Program-made: the position numbers and the translations under genes
From: a virus
Length of the DNA: 64,000 nucleotides
Virus record (IMG/VR): IMGVR_UViG_3300045988_112739
Strand: one strand, 5' to 3'
Shown here: positions 31,745-41,677 of the stretch, piece by piece
How the letters are laid out: each line of letters begins with the position of its first letter
Numbering within the stretch: the first letter of the stretch is position 1
The notes under the pieces: generated by a model
Seen by the model: only the letters and a program-made list of their open reading frames with translations
What the model was told of the DNA's origin: nothing
The model's database searches: none

Positions 31745-31922
31745 ATTTCACCCCTTCCTGTTTACTAAGATACTTATTGAGTTTTTCTGTTTTAAAATAA
31801 TAATAACCATCATCTTCTATTCCTAAAAGACAAAAGCCATTTTTGATTAATTCATCTGATTTTTGTTTATCACAAATATAAAAATATTTGCTGTTAAACT
31901 CCGCAATGTTGGTTATAAACAT
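31719..31922 (-). CDS. hypothetical protein
   Basis: 67-aa ORF in co-directional array. Confidence 0.45.
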   Translation of the reverse strand: MFITNIAEFNSKYFYICDKQKSDELIKNGFCLLGIEDDGYYYFKTEKLNKYLSKQEGVKCVEHRTDC

Positions 31923-31934
31923 ACCGCCACTTCC

Positions 31935-32174
31935 TTACGGAGCACTGTTGAAGATAATATCCAAATCATAGTCTACGTCAGATATTACTCTAATTGATTT
32001 AGTACCTGAAACTTTGATTACCTCTAATAATTTTGCTTCCAATTCGTCTTCGCTGTTCGTAGAATACTCTACATAAGTTACAACACCTTGGCTGTCAACA
32101 ACTTTATCCATTAAAGGAGACCATAATGTGCGATTCTTCTCTTCTTTAATCAGTGTTAAAATTTTATATGTCAT
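31935..32174 (-). CDS. hypothetical protein
   Basis: 79-aa ORF in co-directional array. Confidence 0.5.
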   Translation of the reverse strand: MTYKILTLIKEEKNRTLWSPLMDKVVDSQGVVTYVEYSTNSEDELEAKLLEVIKVSGTKSIRVISDVDYDLDIIFNSAP

Positions 32175-32188
32175 ACCATTTCACCTCA

Positions 32189-32701
32189 TTACACAGTAAC
32201 ATATTTATCTATCACCGAATCAAGTAGCTGCAACTTATAAGGTTCGCTACCGTAATCAGTGAATAAATCTACTAATGTAATAGAAAGTGCGGTATACTTA
32301 GATAACCTAGAAAGTAAACCATCAAGAAAGATTTTTGTGGTATAATCTCCTACCTCAATAGCTTTATCAACGGTATCATAAATCATTTCTTGAAGTTCAA
32401 GATTTTCATTATAATAGTCTACAATTAAATCTAGCGGAGTATTATAGTCTTTATCTCCTATAGGAGTAGCCCCATAGATTGTAAGCATATCTCTACTCGC
32501 TTGATATCCCGAAATGCTATCTGCAAATTCGTCACCCAAATAAGCGTGTGCCAATGCAGGATGCAATATTTCGGCAGTTCTAGCCATCTTAAATTTAACA
32601 CTCAATAAACTCATGTCTCTGTCTAAAAGTCTATTAAGAGCAAAACATTTAGCTAAAACATCATTCAACATATTATTTAATTCTTCTGAAATCAATCCCA
32701 T
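32189..32701 (-). CDS. four-helix-bundle (Dps/ferritin-like?) protein
   Basis: AGGTGGTGA RBS; …AIEVGDYTTKIFLDGLL… loosely resembles the Dps C-terminal helix. Weak call. Confidence 0.3.
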   Translation of the reverse strand: MGLISEELNNMLNDVLAKCFALNRLLDRDMSLLSVKFKMARTAEILHPALAHAYLGDEFADSISGYQASRDMLTIYGATPIGDKDYNTPLDLIVDYYNENLELQEMIYDTVDKAIEVGDYTTKIFLDGLLSRLSKYTALSITLVDLFTDYGSEPYKLQLLDSVIDKYVTV

Positions 32702-32725
32702 TATTTAATCACCACCTAATCCTGT

Positions 32726-34020
32726 GAACCACACACGAAGCTAAAGCTTCGGTGCTTCTTGCTCAATAGTGCTAACGCACTAAGTATCAACAAGCTATCC
32801 CGACAGTTCCTGCCGTTCTTATATTTTATTAGACCATACTAAGTCCAACATTCATTATATTTATTGCAGCATTTTCATCTCGATTAAGAGTTTTACCACA
32901 TTCACAAGTCCACACTCTATCAGTAAGTGTAAGTTCTTTATTGATTGCTCGGCAGAACCTGCACATCTTACTTGACGGAAACCACTTATCAATTTTAATA
33001 AATTTCTTTCCTCTGTCAACTAACTTATAAGCCAGAATTGTTCTGAACATTCCAAAGCCATTATCGTTGGTTGATTTGCCGAGATTAAGTGATTGAGCTA
33101 TATTTTGCATATTTATATCTTCAACGCAAATATAATCATATTCATTAGCAAGTTGTGTACTTAACTTATGAATCCAATCTTTACGTTGATTAGCAATACG
33201 CTCTTGAACTCTTGCAACTCTTATCTTCTGCTTTTGATAATTGTTACTACCATACTTCATATGTGAAAGTTTTCTTTGTTCTTTAGCAAGAACACTTTGT
33301 ACATTACGATAGAATTTAGGATAATTAGCTTCTCTGCCTTGACTATCGACATAAAAGCTATGACTTGCATAGTCTAATCCTAATGCCTTATTCTTATCTA
33401 ACCGAACATTTGGTATGTACTGCTCATACTCAACAAGAATAGAAACATAATACTTTCCAGAAGGTGTTTTCGTAATGGTTGCAGACTTTATTTTTTGACT
33501 ATTAGAAATGAGTCTATGTTGTCTTATTTTTACAAGACCGATTTTTGGAAGTCTTATTCTTCCATTTTCAATTCTTAGCTTTCCACCTTTATCATTATTG
33601 GTGGTATAACTGTTCTTATCTCTTTTCTTGCTCTTGAATTTAGGAAACCCAACTTTAGGGGTTCTAAAGAAATTGCTATAAGCAGTTTGTAAATTCATCT
33701 GAGCATTAGCAAGAGCTAAACTGTCAACTTCCTTTAACCACTCAAAATCTTCCTTATATTGTGCAGGGGTATTATTGAGCCTTTGCTTTGTTTCATTATA
33801 GAACTTAATCTTATCAGCAAGCATTTTATTGTAGATAAACCTTACACAACCGAAAGTTTTTGCAAACATTATTTCCTGTTCCTTAGTAGGGTATAATCTA
33901 AATTTATAAGCCTTATTTGCCATTACAATCACCCCTTTCTATATTCGTCATTTGCCTCCGCCGTCTAAAACCAGCGGGATTTCTGACATGAACTATACAC
34001 GAAGCTAAAGGTTCGGAGAG
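32726..34020 (-). mobile_element. IS200/IS605-family element carrying tnpB only (no tnpA)
   Basis: Near-identical 20-mers in direct orientation at both ends: ACACGAAGCTAAAGCTTCGG (32733-32752) and ACACGAAGCTAAAGGTTCGG (33997-34016). Each forms a CGAAGC/GCTTCG-type hairpin, as expected for LE/RE. Inserted between portal stop (34029) and RBS of next gene (about 32712-32722). Confidence 0.75.
32829..33923 (-). CDS. tnpB: TnpB (IS605 OrfB) RNA-guided endonuclease family
   Basis: MANKAYKFRLYPTKEQE… N-terminus, zinc finger CRFCRAINKELTLTDRVWTCECGKTLNRD and RuvC-III DENAAINI. Confidence 0.9.
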   Translation of the reverse strand: MANKAYKFRLYPTKEQEIMFAKTFGCVRFIYNKMLADKIKFYNETKQRLNNTPAQYKEDFEWLKEVDSLALANAQMNLQTAYSNFFRTPKVGFPKFKSKKRDKNSYTTNNDKGGKLRIENGRIRLPKIGLVKIRQHRLISNSQKIKSATITKTPSGKYYVSILVEYEQYIPNVRLDKNKALGLDYASHSFYVDSQGREANYPKFYRNVQSVLAKEQRKLSHMKYGSNNYQKQKIRVARVQERIANQRKDWIHKLSTQLANEYDYICVEDINMQNIAQSLNLGKSTNDNGFGMFRTILAYKLVDRGKKFIKIDKWFPSSKMCRFCRAINKELTLTDRVWTCECGKTLNRDENAAINIMNVGLSMV

Positions 34021-34028
34021 TTCTTGGT

Positions 34029-35642
34029 TCAATCCTTTAACTCGTTAGAGCCTCTATCCCAAGAAGCCTCTGTATTATCATTATCACTCATAGGATTAGG
34101 CGGTCTACCAACTTTGCCGCCCACACCTGTTCCTCCTGCTTTTTTAGTATTATCAGAGGTTGCCTCATCTAAAAGAATCATAACCTTGTCTTTTAAACCT
34201 AGAGCTTTAGTAAGTGACAGACTCCTAGTTAATTCAAATGCAGTCATATCAACTGCTCTTGCAGCTTGCTGAACATCAACCAATCCCATTTGAGCGAAAT
34301 CTTTAAATCTTGACATTCTTTCGTTTTTATAATCGGGCAAATCAACATCATGAAATTTAATTCTAAACTTATATGTTTTAGTCTTTTTATTTACGAAATA
34401 TTCCACGAAGTTTTCGAACATAGGATATAGCGAATACAATATATTAACATCTACAGCCGAAGCCAATTTAGACTGGTGAGAGTTTAATTTAGTATTAGAT
34501 AACATAACATCAGCCGAAGCTACACCTTGTTCTGCGACATTTCTATTAGCATCATTTTCTATATTGGTATCACTAGTATCAAACTGCACCGCCTTGATAT
34601 CGTCAAGTGGTAATGCTACAAGACCTATCTGTTTACTTAAACCTTGTCTAGCAACTCCTAAAAACTTACCAAGCATATCAGGAGTCATATTAATTTGATT
34701 TTGAACCTGTCCACTCTTAGCGTCTTTATTAAATCCTATAATACCTACTAACAATTTAGAAGCTTCAATAAAATATTTATCTACTTGCAATTTCCTCACA
34801 ACTCCTGCCGTGCTAATATTAGGAAACAGAGGAGAGAAATAGGGGATTATAGTAGCTATTTCTGGACTAGGCTTGAAACACCAGAATCCATCATCAGGAG
34901 ACGTTTGATGCCAATACACAAAACTAGTATTCCTGTATTCTGCTGATTTACTAGGTTTATATTGTGTAGTAATCTTCTCAAACACATCTCTATACATTTT
35001 CTTGAAAATCTTTGGGTACATATTGATGTCTACACCATAGTTTCCAAAAAACCAATTCATATCATAGTCGAATAAAAGACCATGAGAAAAACGACCAGTT
35101 ATCTTGCAGAATTTAGGAGGTAATTCTTGAAGAGTATATCTTTCGCCATCAGACCTAAGAACACCATAATACACTCCTTGCCTAAACATTTGTCTTAAAA
35201 CAAGCTGAAACTCTTGCTTAAAGTCAAAGCGTGATATGAAATCGTCAAGTATTTGCAAATCCTCTTTCATTTCTTTGCTATTCATATCTTCATCAGTGTA
35301 AGCATTAATAGGGTCAAACACCAAATTAAAGCAAGCCATATCTGGAAGATATCTAAGCATACGCTTATAATACATATTCTGATTTTCTAAACTTTCAGAA
35401 TATGACATAAGAACATCTTCGCTTGATTTAGGATTTGCAAGAGCCTTTTCTATACCATCAAGTGTAGCTTCCATAGGGTTCATGGTTATATTTTTCATCT
35501 GTGCGTTTACAGCATCAGGAGTAAGCAACCCTCTGTTATAATATGAAGACCTATAAGAATTACTAAACTCTAAAAAGTCCCAAGCGTTTAATACTTGATT
35601 AACCTGTTCCTCGGTCAACATTTCTGTATTTTCAGTCAACAA
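34029..35642 (-). CDS. portal protein (by position and size)
   Basis: 537 aa immediately downstream of large terminase; Gly/basic C-terminal tail. Confidence 0.6.
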   Translation of the reverse strand: MLTENTEMLTEEQVNQVLNAWDFLEFSNSYRSSYYNRGLLTPDAVNAQMKNITMNPMEATLDGIEKALANPKSSEDVLMSYSESLENQNMYYKRMLRYLPDMACFNLVFDPINAYTDEDMNSKEMKEDLQILDDFISRFDFKQEFQLVLRQMFRQGVYYGVLRSDGERYTLQELPPKFCKITGRFSHGLLFDYDMNWFFGNYGVDINMYPKIFKKMYRDVFEKITTQYKPSKSAEYRNTSFVYWHQTSPDDGFWCFKPSPEIATIIPYFSPLFPNISTAGVVRKLQVDKYFIEASKLLVGIIGFNKDAKSGQVQNQINMTPDMLGKFLGVARQGLSKQIGLVALPLDDIKAVQFDTSDTNIENDANRNVAEQGVASADVMLSNTKLNSHQSKLASAVDVNILYSLYPMFENFVEYFVNKKTKTYKFRIKFHDVDLPDYKNERMSRFKDFAQMGLVDVQQAARAVDMTAFELTRSLSLTKALGLKDKVMILLDEATSDNTKKAGGTGVGGKVGRPPNPMSDNDNTEASWDRGSNELKD

Positions 35643-35654
35643 AAATCACCTCCA

Positions 35655-36938
35655 TTAATATGACATTATATAACTCAACCAGTCAAGTTGTTGCGGTTGA
35701 ACCAAAGCATCTTCTAATGATTTAGCATAATCCAATCCGTACACTAAGCTCATTACTCTATCCTTACGTCTGCCTGATTTTTCTTTGGCGGAAATATATC
35801 CGCTAACAACTACTCTTTCAAGGTTTACCGCTTCATTAACAAAAGCGGTTGTTTGAACATAAGGATTTAAAATTCTTCTTCTCAAATCCTGGTCTTCAAT
35901 CTTGTAGAATTGATATGTTTTATTAAGATAATCCATAGCATCCTGAGAATCTACCAAGAATGATATTTTATTTGTGTCTATGATATCTCTGGAATGAACA
36001 AGCATTCTACTCTTGTCCTTCGCACTAGTACTAACACTATAAACAACAGGAACAGCGTTAGGACTTATGACTCTGTTAGACTTAACTTCATCATAATTCA
36101 TCGCTGTCCATGCAGGATAGGTAACATCTCTGCCCTCATCATATGTTTCTGTAGTGCAAATATCGAGTACGCCTTGACCTACACCCTGTCCATCAACAAC
36201 AGCATAGTCACAATCAAATTCGTAAAATAATTGTTTTAGTCGTTTAGCCTGTATAAGAGAGTTTTGTCCATGACAGCTTTCGGCATAAGACAATATACGT
36301 TTATACCCACCACTATCAGGAATTAATCTCATTATCCAAAATGCAGTATTATCGTTTGCTTTGCTTTCTACAAGGGCTATATCCATACAAAGAAGTCTAA
36401 TTTCGTTAGGCAATTTTTCTTGCCAATACGGGAATTTGGTTTTGTTATCTTTGTATGTAATATATTCTTCATCACTCATACAAACCATTGCCCTGACGTT
36501 TTCTCTACGTTTTTCGAGTTCTCTGTATTTATAGAAAGCGTTATTATTATTTCTTTCAGGTAAACATAAATATTCGGCACATAGAATGTCTCTGGACTCA
36601 GGGTTATCTTTAAAAGATTGTTCAACAATATCTCTAGAAATATATCTATTCTTAACACCAAGTTGATATGGTAAAGCAACTGTCATATAAGACATATTGT
36701 CCTGCTCCATATTCTTTATATATTCTAAAAAGTATTGATAAGACCATTCGTCAGCACCTCTAATAGAACTTAGATATAGTTGCTTATTAGCTTCTTCCGG
36801 CAATTCCGACCTTTCTTTAGGAGACAAATCCATGTATGTAGGAGTTCTTATGCTCGTCAAGAAAGGAACAAATACTCTTTGTATAATTTCTTTATCAGTT
36901 CTAACAAACTCATCTACAATAAGAATATTGCATCGTGC
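35655..36938 (-). CDS. terL: terminase large subunit, exon 2 (Walker B + nuclease domain)
   Basis: Begins ARCNILIVDEFVRTDKE (Walker B hhhhDE). The track start GTG 36941 is taken as the last 3 intron nt; an alternative 3' splice site lies 12 nt upstream. Confidence 0.75.
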   Translation of the reverse strand, partial: ARCNILIVDEFVRTDKEIIQRVFVPFLTSIRTPTYMDLSPKERSELPEEANKQLYLSSIRGADEWSYQYFLEYIKNMEQDNMSYMTVALPYQLGVKNRYISRDIVEQSFKDNPESRDILCAEYLCLPERNNNNAFYKYRELEKRRENVRAMVCMSDEEYITYKDNKTKFPYWQEKLPNEIRLLCMDIALVESKANDNTAFWIMRLIPDSGGYKRILSYAESCHGQNSLIQAKRLKQLFYEFDCDYAVVDGQGVGQGVLDICTTETYDEGRDVTYPAWTAMNYDEVKSNRVISPNAVPVVYSVSTSAKDKSRMLVHSRDIIDTNKISFLVDSQDAMDYLNKTYQFYKIEDQDLRRRILNPYVQTTAFVNEAVNLERVVVSGYISAKEKSGRRKDRVMSLVYGLDYAKSLEDALVQPQQLDWLSYIMSY

Positions 36939-37191
36939 CACATTGTTATCCTATGAGTTTTTTATCTCATAGTTCTTATAGTTTTATTCCTATAAGTTCG
37001 GCGTACCTTTTCATCTTTATAAGATGTCGGAGACTCTTGGAGTTATTATACTCTAACTAGTAGTTTCAAACTCTACGCTCTGTGCGTGTTAATCTTTTTA
37101 ATTATTAACTTCCGCTCTGATTAGCATTTCAGCCTTCCAGTTTTTTCTCCAATTTCAATTATATATCACTATATAATCAGGCGCATAATTC
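36939..37191 (-). ncRNA. probable group I intron in terL
   Basis: P1 is CUUGGU| with GCCUG, the same arrangement as intron 45525-45777. P2 hairpin is ATTATATAGTGATATATAAT. Candidate P7 is GAGCGTAGAG with GGTACGCC. P9 hairpin CTTATAGGAATAAAACTATAAG resembles CTTATAGGAAACTATAAG of intron 14244-14583. No ORF; excision restores …NENALG|ARCNILIVDEF. Confidence 0.55.
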
Positions 37192-37689
37192 ACCAAGCGC
37201 ATTTTCATTATACGGTACAGTAATAATTTCTGAACCATTATGAAACAATATTCTACTCTCGTTTTGACCTATCTTAACATCAGCAATTTCTGCCCTAAGA
37301 TTAGGGCTTGCTCTCATAAATTCTTGAACTTTTTTTATAAATCTTGAACTCTGCCCCTTAGTAGGTGCTACAACTACAACTTTTTGGTCTGGATATAATC
37401 CACATCGTTGTAGCGCAAAAAGCAATGAAATCGTTGACTTCGCGAGTCCGCGCGAAGCTACAAAAATAAAATTGGAATAAAAATTCATAAGGTATATTAT
37501 AACTTTCTGGAAATCATAAAGCCTTAATCCTAAATACTCCGTTATATATCTATGAGGATTGGCTCTCCAATAGGCAATCCAATCCTCGCAACTTTCATTA
37601 TATTTCTGCGTTTTAGTGAGATTTCTTTTGTCTTTTCTTCTTTTGATTATTATTTTTTTACTATCATTCTGTGTTTCCATCAGACTCAC
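37192..37689 (-). CDS. terL: terminase large subunit, exon 1 (Walker A ATPase part)
   Basis: …FVASRGLAKSTISLLFAL… (Walker A-like GxxKST), …VVVVAPTKGQ…; tail ELCA is intron read-through. Confidence 0.75.
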
Positions 37690-38701
37690 CTGTTTCTGAT
37701 ACTACCTTTTCTACTTTTGTTTCAGCATTTAATTGCTTTAAATCATTTATTATATCAATGCTATATTTATCATACAGTTCATCAAATCGTTTAGTATAAG
37801 CGTTTTCCCTACCCAAAGCCCTAAATAGATTGCCTGTAAATGCCGCAATAATCATTTTAATATTGTCAATATCTGCTAAGTCATCATCTACGGTTTTTAT
37901 GGGTCTATGCATTTCTATATCTTTTGTTGTTATACCAACTGTTTTAGTTTCTGCCTCATCGTTTTGTAATTCTATAAGACCACTATTTCTAAGTAAGTCT
38001 TGTAGAGTCTTTACTTTCTTATCTACAGCTTCAGAATTCTCTCTATCTTTACGAATGTCTAAGCACTGCAAACAAACTTCTTTTACCATAATATCTATTG
38101 ATTTTTCTGTTATACCATTAAGCTTATCAGACCAATCAAGATATTCAGTTTCAAGATATGCTAAATCTTCATTACTGAAATTACCCCACTTTTGAATAAG
38201 CTCATCAGTGTCATACTCAATAATTTCATATTTATCAGTATCTATTTCTTTATTTTTAGGTTGTCTCTTTACCTTAGTTATTTCAGCGAAAGAAACAATA
38301 CCATCTATCTTGTCTTCACCTTGGCTATCGTCAAAAGTATTTCCCCAACCATTGTTATTGGCAAAAGCTATATTTTGCATATAAGCCTGTACTAAATAAT
38401 CTTCTCCATACATAGTAGACTTCGGGTTCTTAATCGTTTCCAAAGCACCTTGATATGCAGTGTGGTTATATGGTACGTCTATTTTTCTACACATATAATA
38501 TATAGCTAGATTAGGAGATTTAAATTTTTTTAAATAGTTAGGATATATTACATTTTTGACACAATCCTTACAATATGGTATTTTGCCAAATGTTTTATGC
38601 ATTTTATCCTGAGTAACATAAAAGTTAGCCTGATTTTTTGCACCACAGCATATACAAGTCAACTTTAATGGCTCATCGTTTTTTATTGTTTGTCTAGCCA
38701 T
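37664..38701 (-). CDS. zinc-ribbon protein upstream of terL (possible small terminase)
   Basis: CICCGAKNQ…CKDCVKN near N-terminus; position only. Confidence 0.35.
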   Translation of the reverse strand: MARQTIKNDEPLKLTCICCGAKNQANFYVTQDKMHKTFGKIPYCKDCVKNVIYPNYLKKFKSPNLAIYYMCRKIDVPYNHTAYQGALETIKNPKSTMYGEDYLVQAYMQNIAFANNNGWGNTFDDSQGEDKIDGIVSFAEITKVKRQPKNKEIDTDKYEIIEYDTDELIQKWGNFSNEDLAYLETEYLDWSDKLNGITEKSIDIMVKEVCLQCLDIRKDRENSEAVDKKVKTLQDLLRNSGLIELQNDEAETKTVGITTKDIEMHRPIKTVDDDLADIDNIKMIIAAFTGNLFRALGRENAYTKRFDELYDKYSIDIINDLKQLNAETKVEKVVSETGESDGNTE

Positions 38702-38714
38702 TTACTCACGACCT

Positions 38715-39938
38715 TTACAGCATAACAGGATATACACACTCTATACCATCAGAATTGCATACACAAACCGTTTGAGATGGTTTACCAGACAACCTTTTTT
38801 CGATAGTATGAGAATCTCCACTTCCAGCAAGTGAGCCGCCCTGTACCACACGGATTCCACTTTCGTCACTAAAAGCGGGATAATGCCTGTGCCCCATGCA
38901 AACAGCATATGGCTTATATCCTATCATCATAATCAAACTAGCAATAGATGATTTTGACATAGAATCATAATCCCCGTGTACACTTATATATTTATTCTCT
39001 CTAATAGTAAGTTGAGATATCCCAGTATCAAGGTTGTCATCTACCATATGAAAATTCTCTATATGAGAAAGCGAATTGCCAACAGCCCAAGACACTAAGT
39101 CATCAAGTCTTTCATCATGGAGAGCCAAATTCTTGTCAGATTCGAGTCTTGAATGATTACCTGAAACACTTGTAAAGTAAACGTTTTTTGCTGTTTTAGT
39201 AAGTTCATAGCAAAATGAACTGATAAGCTCTGTCGCTATTTTAACTTGCTGTATAACATTTTCTCTATTGGTAACTTGAATACTACGATGTATTGAACCA
39301 GATATCAAATCTCCACACAAACTTACATATATATTTTCAGCGTTGTGTAACTTTTGAATTTTAACAATTTTACTTAAATATTTATTTAATCTCTCTGTCG
39401 CAACTGCTGTATTATAAACACCAAATGCACTGTCAAAAGTCTGCCCAAAATGAGTGTCAGAAAGCATTACTAACAAATCATTATCACTAGTGTTTCTAAC
39501 TTCATCTACAAAAGGCATTGAAAGCTCATTCCACGATTTATCTGTTACAGAAAACTGCACTCTGCCAATTTCGGAAAGTTTCTGTTCAAGATAATCAAGT
39601 TTCTGGTTTACCCTAGCGGCAACATAATTCTGCCTGTTCCAAGCGTTGCGTTCATCTCTAAACTGTATTTTTGCCTGTTCAAGCTCTCTTTTCTTTTCAT
39701 TCATTTCTTCTAAAACAGAAGAATCACCAACAATTCTATTTTTGTTAGCTTCAAACATTTTCTTAAATGCGGCATATGTCTTACGGTATTTAGATTCTGT
39801 GTATTCATATCCTAAAAGCTTATTAAGAATATCAGCACACTCCTGCCAAGTTCCTATAAGACCATTAGCCTTATCTTCGCAGACCCTATACAGAAGCTCT
39901 TCTTCTGACTCGTCTACCTGTCTTCTATACTCTTTCAT
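38715..39938 (-). CDS. calcineurin-like metallophosphoesterase with N-terminal extra domain
   Basis: Motifs LSDTHFG, CGDLISG, SGNHSRLE, VHGDYD, GHRHYP. Confidence 0.7.
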   Translation of the reverse strand: MKEYRRQVDESEEELLYRVCEDKANGLIGTWQECADILNKLLGYEYTESKYRKTYAAFKKMFEANKNRIVGDSSVLEEMNEKKRELEQAKIQFRDERNAWNRQNYVAARVNQKLDYLEQKLSEIGRVQFSVTDKSWNELSMPFVDEVRNTSDNDLLVMLSDTHFGQTFDSAFGVYNTAVATERLNKYLSKIVKIQKLHNAENIYVSLCGDLISGSIHRSIQVTNRENVIQQVKIATELISSFCYELTKTAKNVYFTSVSGNHSRLESDKNLALHDERLDDLVSWAVGNSLSHIENFHMVDDNLDTGISQLTIRENKYISVHGDYDSMSKSSIASLIMMIGYKPYAVCMGHRHYPAFSDESGIRVVQGGSLAGSGDSHTIEKRLSGKPSQTVCVCNSDGIECVYPVML

Positions 39939-40022
39939 AGTATAAATTCCCCTTCTAATTACTTATGACGATTTGTCATATGCAAGCCCTCGCTATTGCA
40001 AAGGCTCGTATATAACGCATAA

Positions 40023-40331
40023 TCATTTCTTAAATACAAACGTATTCACTTCATATGCGACTTTCTCTTCCCACTGGTGATACATTTGCTCAAATATATC
40101 ATAAGAATCTTTATATACACTCTCAGCACTTTCACCAGCCGCTAATCTCTCATTGTGCATTTTCTCCAATTGAGTATGCAAGAAATCATAATGACGCAAC
40201 TCATCTTTAGACATTTCATGTAACTTAGTAGCTACAGTCTGGTCTTTACAAGATTTTGCCATTCTAATATAATGTTCTGCCATTTCAATTTCATCAAGCA
40301 TATACTTAGTCATTTTCCGTTCCATAGACAT
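40023..40331 (-). CDS. hypothetical helical protein
   Basis: AGGTGA RBS before ATG 40331. Confidence 0.5.
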   Translation of the reverse strand: MSMERKMTKYMLDEIEMAEHYIRMAKSCKDQTVATKLHEMSKDELRHYDFLHTQLEKMHNERLAAGESAESVYKDSYDIFEQMYHQWEEKVAYEVNTFVFKK

Positions 40332-40340
40332 AACAATCAC

Positions 40341-40586
40341 CTATTTATTAGACTGTGAAGATGTTAATATGTCTATAATTGTTTGCTGACCTTGTTGTAT
40401 TTCTTTCAGTAAATGAACTGTCTCTTGAAGCAATTCGTTGCTTTTATCGTTTTCTTCTATTGCCAATATCTTTTTATTAATTTCAAAATTCTTTAGATTT
40501 ATATTTAATATTGCAACACTAAGACTAGTGGTAGTAAGGTCTGTCAATGTATTCAGATTAGAACTATTGATTATCATTGTTACCAC
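40341..40586 (-). CDS. hypothetical coiled-coil protein
   Basis: 81-aa ORF. Confidence 0.45.
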   Translation of the reverse strand: MVTMIINSSNLNTLTDLTTTSLSVAILNINLKNFEINKKILAIEENDKSNELLQETVHLLKEIQQGQQTIIDILTSSQSNK

Positions 40587-40863
40587 CCAACAATCTGATT
40601 ATATCTTCATTTTGCTGTATAATAGTCTTATTCTGTTCTATACTAATATTTAGTGCTTCCAAAGTTTTATTTAATATTTCATTTGTTTGTTTATTTAATT
40701 GTTCTTCTATATGATTTGTCTGCAATTCTATATCGTGATTTAGTTGAGCATAAGTACCAGCTTTTGTAGACTGATATATATTATAAAACTGACTAACATT
40801 AGCTAATCCACTAACTAAATCAGAATTTAAGAAAGACATCAAATCAGAAGTTTGGATTACCAT
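40564..40863 (-). CDS. hypothetical coiled-coil protein
   Basis: 99-aa ORF. Confidence 0.45.
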   Translation of the reverse strand: MVIQTSDLMSFLNSDLVSGLANVSQFYNIYQSTKAGTYAQLNHDIELQTNHIEEQLNKQTNEILNKTLEALNISIEQNKTIIQQNEDIIRLLGGNNDNQ

Positions 40864-40869
40864 AAGGCA

Positions 40870-41478
40870 TCACTCGCCATCTATAAGTTTCCAAATCTGC
40901 GATATTATACTAGAACAACAATCTGTTACCATAATCACTGTTCCAATCATACCACACGCAATCATATTGGCGTAAACAGAATATCCTAAAACAATCAAGC
41001 CTACCGCTATTGCAGTTAATATTGCAAGTGACACTATATATTTAGCGCGAAATCGTTTATCTCTAATTTTACCCTGACTAATACTATATTCACTAGGTTT
41101 AGGACATAAAGGAATAATTCCCACAGATGGAATTAATGCAATCCCTAAGAGCAACCATGAATTATAACTAAAGGTCAAACCTAGTGCAACTAAAAGCAAA
41201 TATAATATATTAGAAGTAAAATAACATTGTTTAAAAGTTTTGCAGTGATATCCTCCTGCAAACGAACGCAATATCATATAAGTAACAACACAAATAACAT
41301 AAGGTAAGAAAATTCCTAAAAGCAAAGATATAATAACACCAGTGCCATTAGTTAAAAGTTGAGAAAGTATAAGAAATATAGAATATTCATATACTTCTAT
41401 ATCTTCTTCATTTTCCCCTCTACCTATTTTCTTTGCAATATCTTTAGACTTGTTTTCTATATAAGTAAAAATGTCCAT
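40870..41478 (-). CDS. agrB: AgrB-like membrane peptidase (autoinducing-peptide maturation)
   Basis: About 200 aa, multi-pass; LRSFAGGYHCKTFKQCYFTS has the AgrB R-x-x-A-G-G-x-H…C signature with His and Cys 7 residues apart. Start taken at second ATG (41478), which has AGGA 9 nt upstream. Confidence 0.7.
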   Translation of the reverse strand: MDIFTYIENKSKDIAKKIGRGENEEDIEVYEYSIFLILSQLLTNGTGVIISLLLGIFLPYVICVVTYMILRSFAGGYHCKTFKQCYFTSNILYLLLVALGLTFSYNSWLLLGIALIPSVGIIPLCPKPSEYSISQGKIRDKRFRAKYIVSLAILTAIAVGLIVLGYSVYANMIACGMIGTVIMVTDCCSSIISQIWKLIDGE

Positions 41479-41502
41479 TAAAAACATTCCTAAAATTAAA
41501 GT

Positions 41503-41531
41503 AAAAAGAGGGGTATTAAGCCCCTCTTTTT
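41503..41531 (-). terminator. intrinsic terminator/attenuator between agrD-like and agrB-like genes
   Basis: AAAAAGAGGGG…CCCCTCTTTTT; U tract on the minus strand; 25 nt upstream of the agrB-like start. Confidence 0.6.
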
Positions 41532-41557
41532 AGTCTATAATGTCTATAATGAAAGGT

Positions 41558-41677
41558 TTACTGCTTTTCAGCAATAGCCTTTGCTACCTTACTCGGTACT
41601 TTGGGCTGATAGGCATTCATTGAAGTAAACGCCTGTTCAACAGAATTTACAGCCATCTTTTTGAGAAACTTTTTCAT
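41558..41677 (-). CDS. agrD: AgrD-like autoinducing-peptide precursor (39 aa, below track cutoff)
   Basis: AGGAAG RBS; MKKFLKKMAVNSVEQAFTSMNAYQPKVPSKVAKAIAEKQ. It has an amphipathic leader, the candidate ring SMNAY and a Y-Q-P-x-x-P tail, as in clostridial AgrD (e.g. …CLWFTHQPEEPKSL). Ser replaces the usual Cys. Confidence 0.55.
   Translation of the reverse strand: MKKFLKKMAVNSVEQAFTSMNAYQPKVPSKVAKAIAEKQ

Noticed and set aside
34024-34272. 82-aa plus-strand ORF overlapping the portal 3' end next to the IS element, considered as a possible tnpA remnant.
   Set aside because: It has no HUH/Y1 transposase motifs. It is an antisense shadow of the Gly/Pro-rich portal tail.
41533-41551. Reading the GTCTATAATGTCTATAATG repeats as plus-strand -10 boxes driving antisense RNAs.
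   Set aside because: No TTGACA-like -35 or TG extension lies at the correct distance in any copy. They are kept only as an orientation-agnostic motif in the findings.
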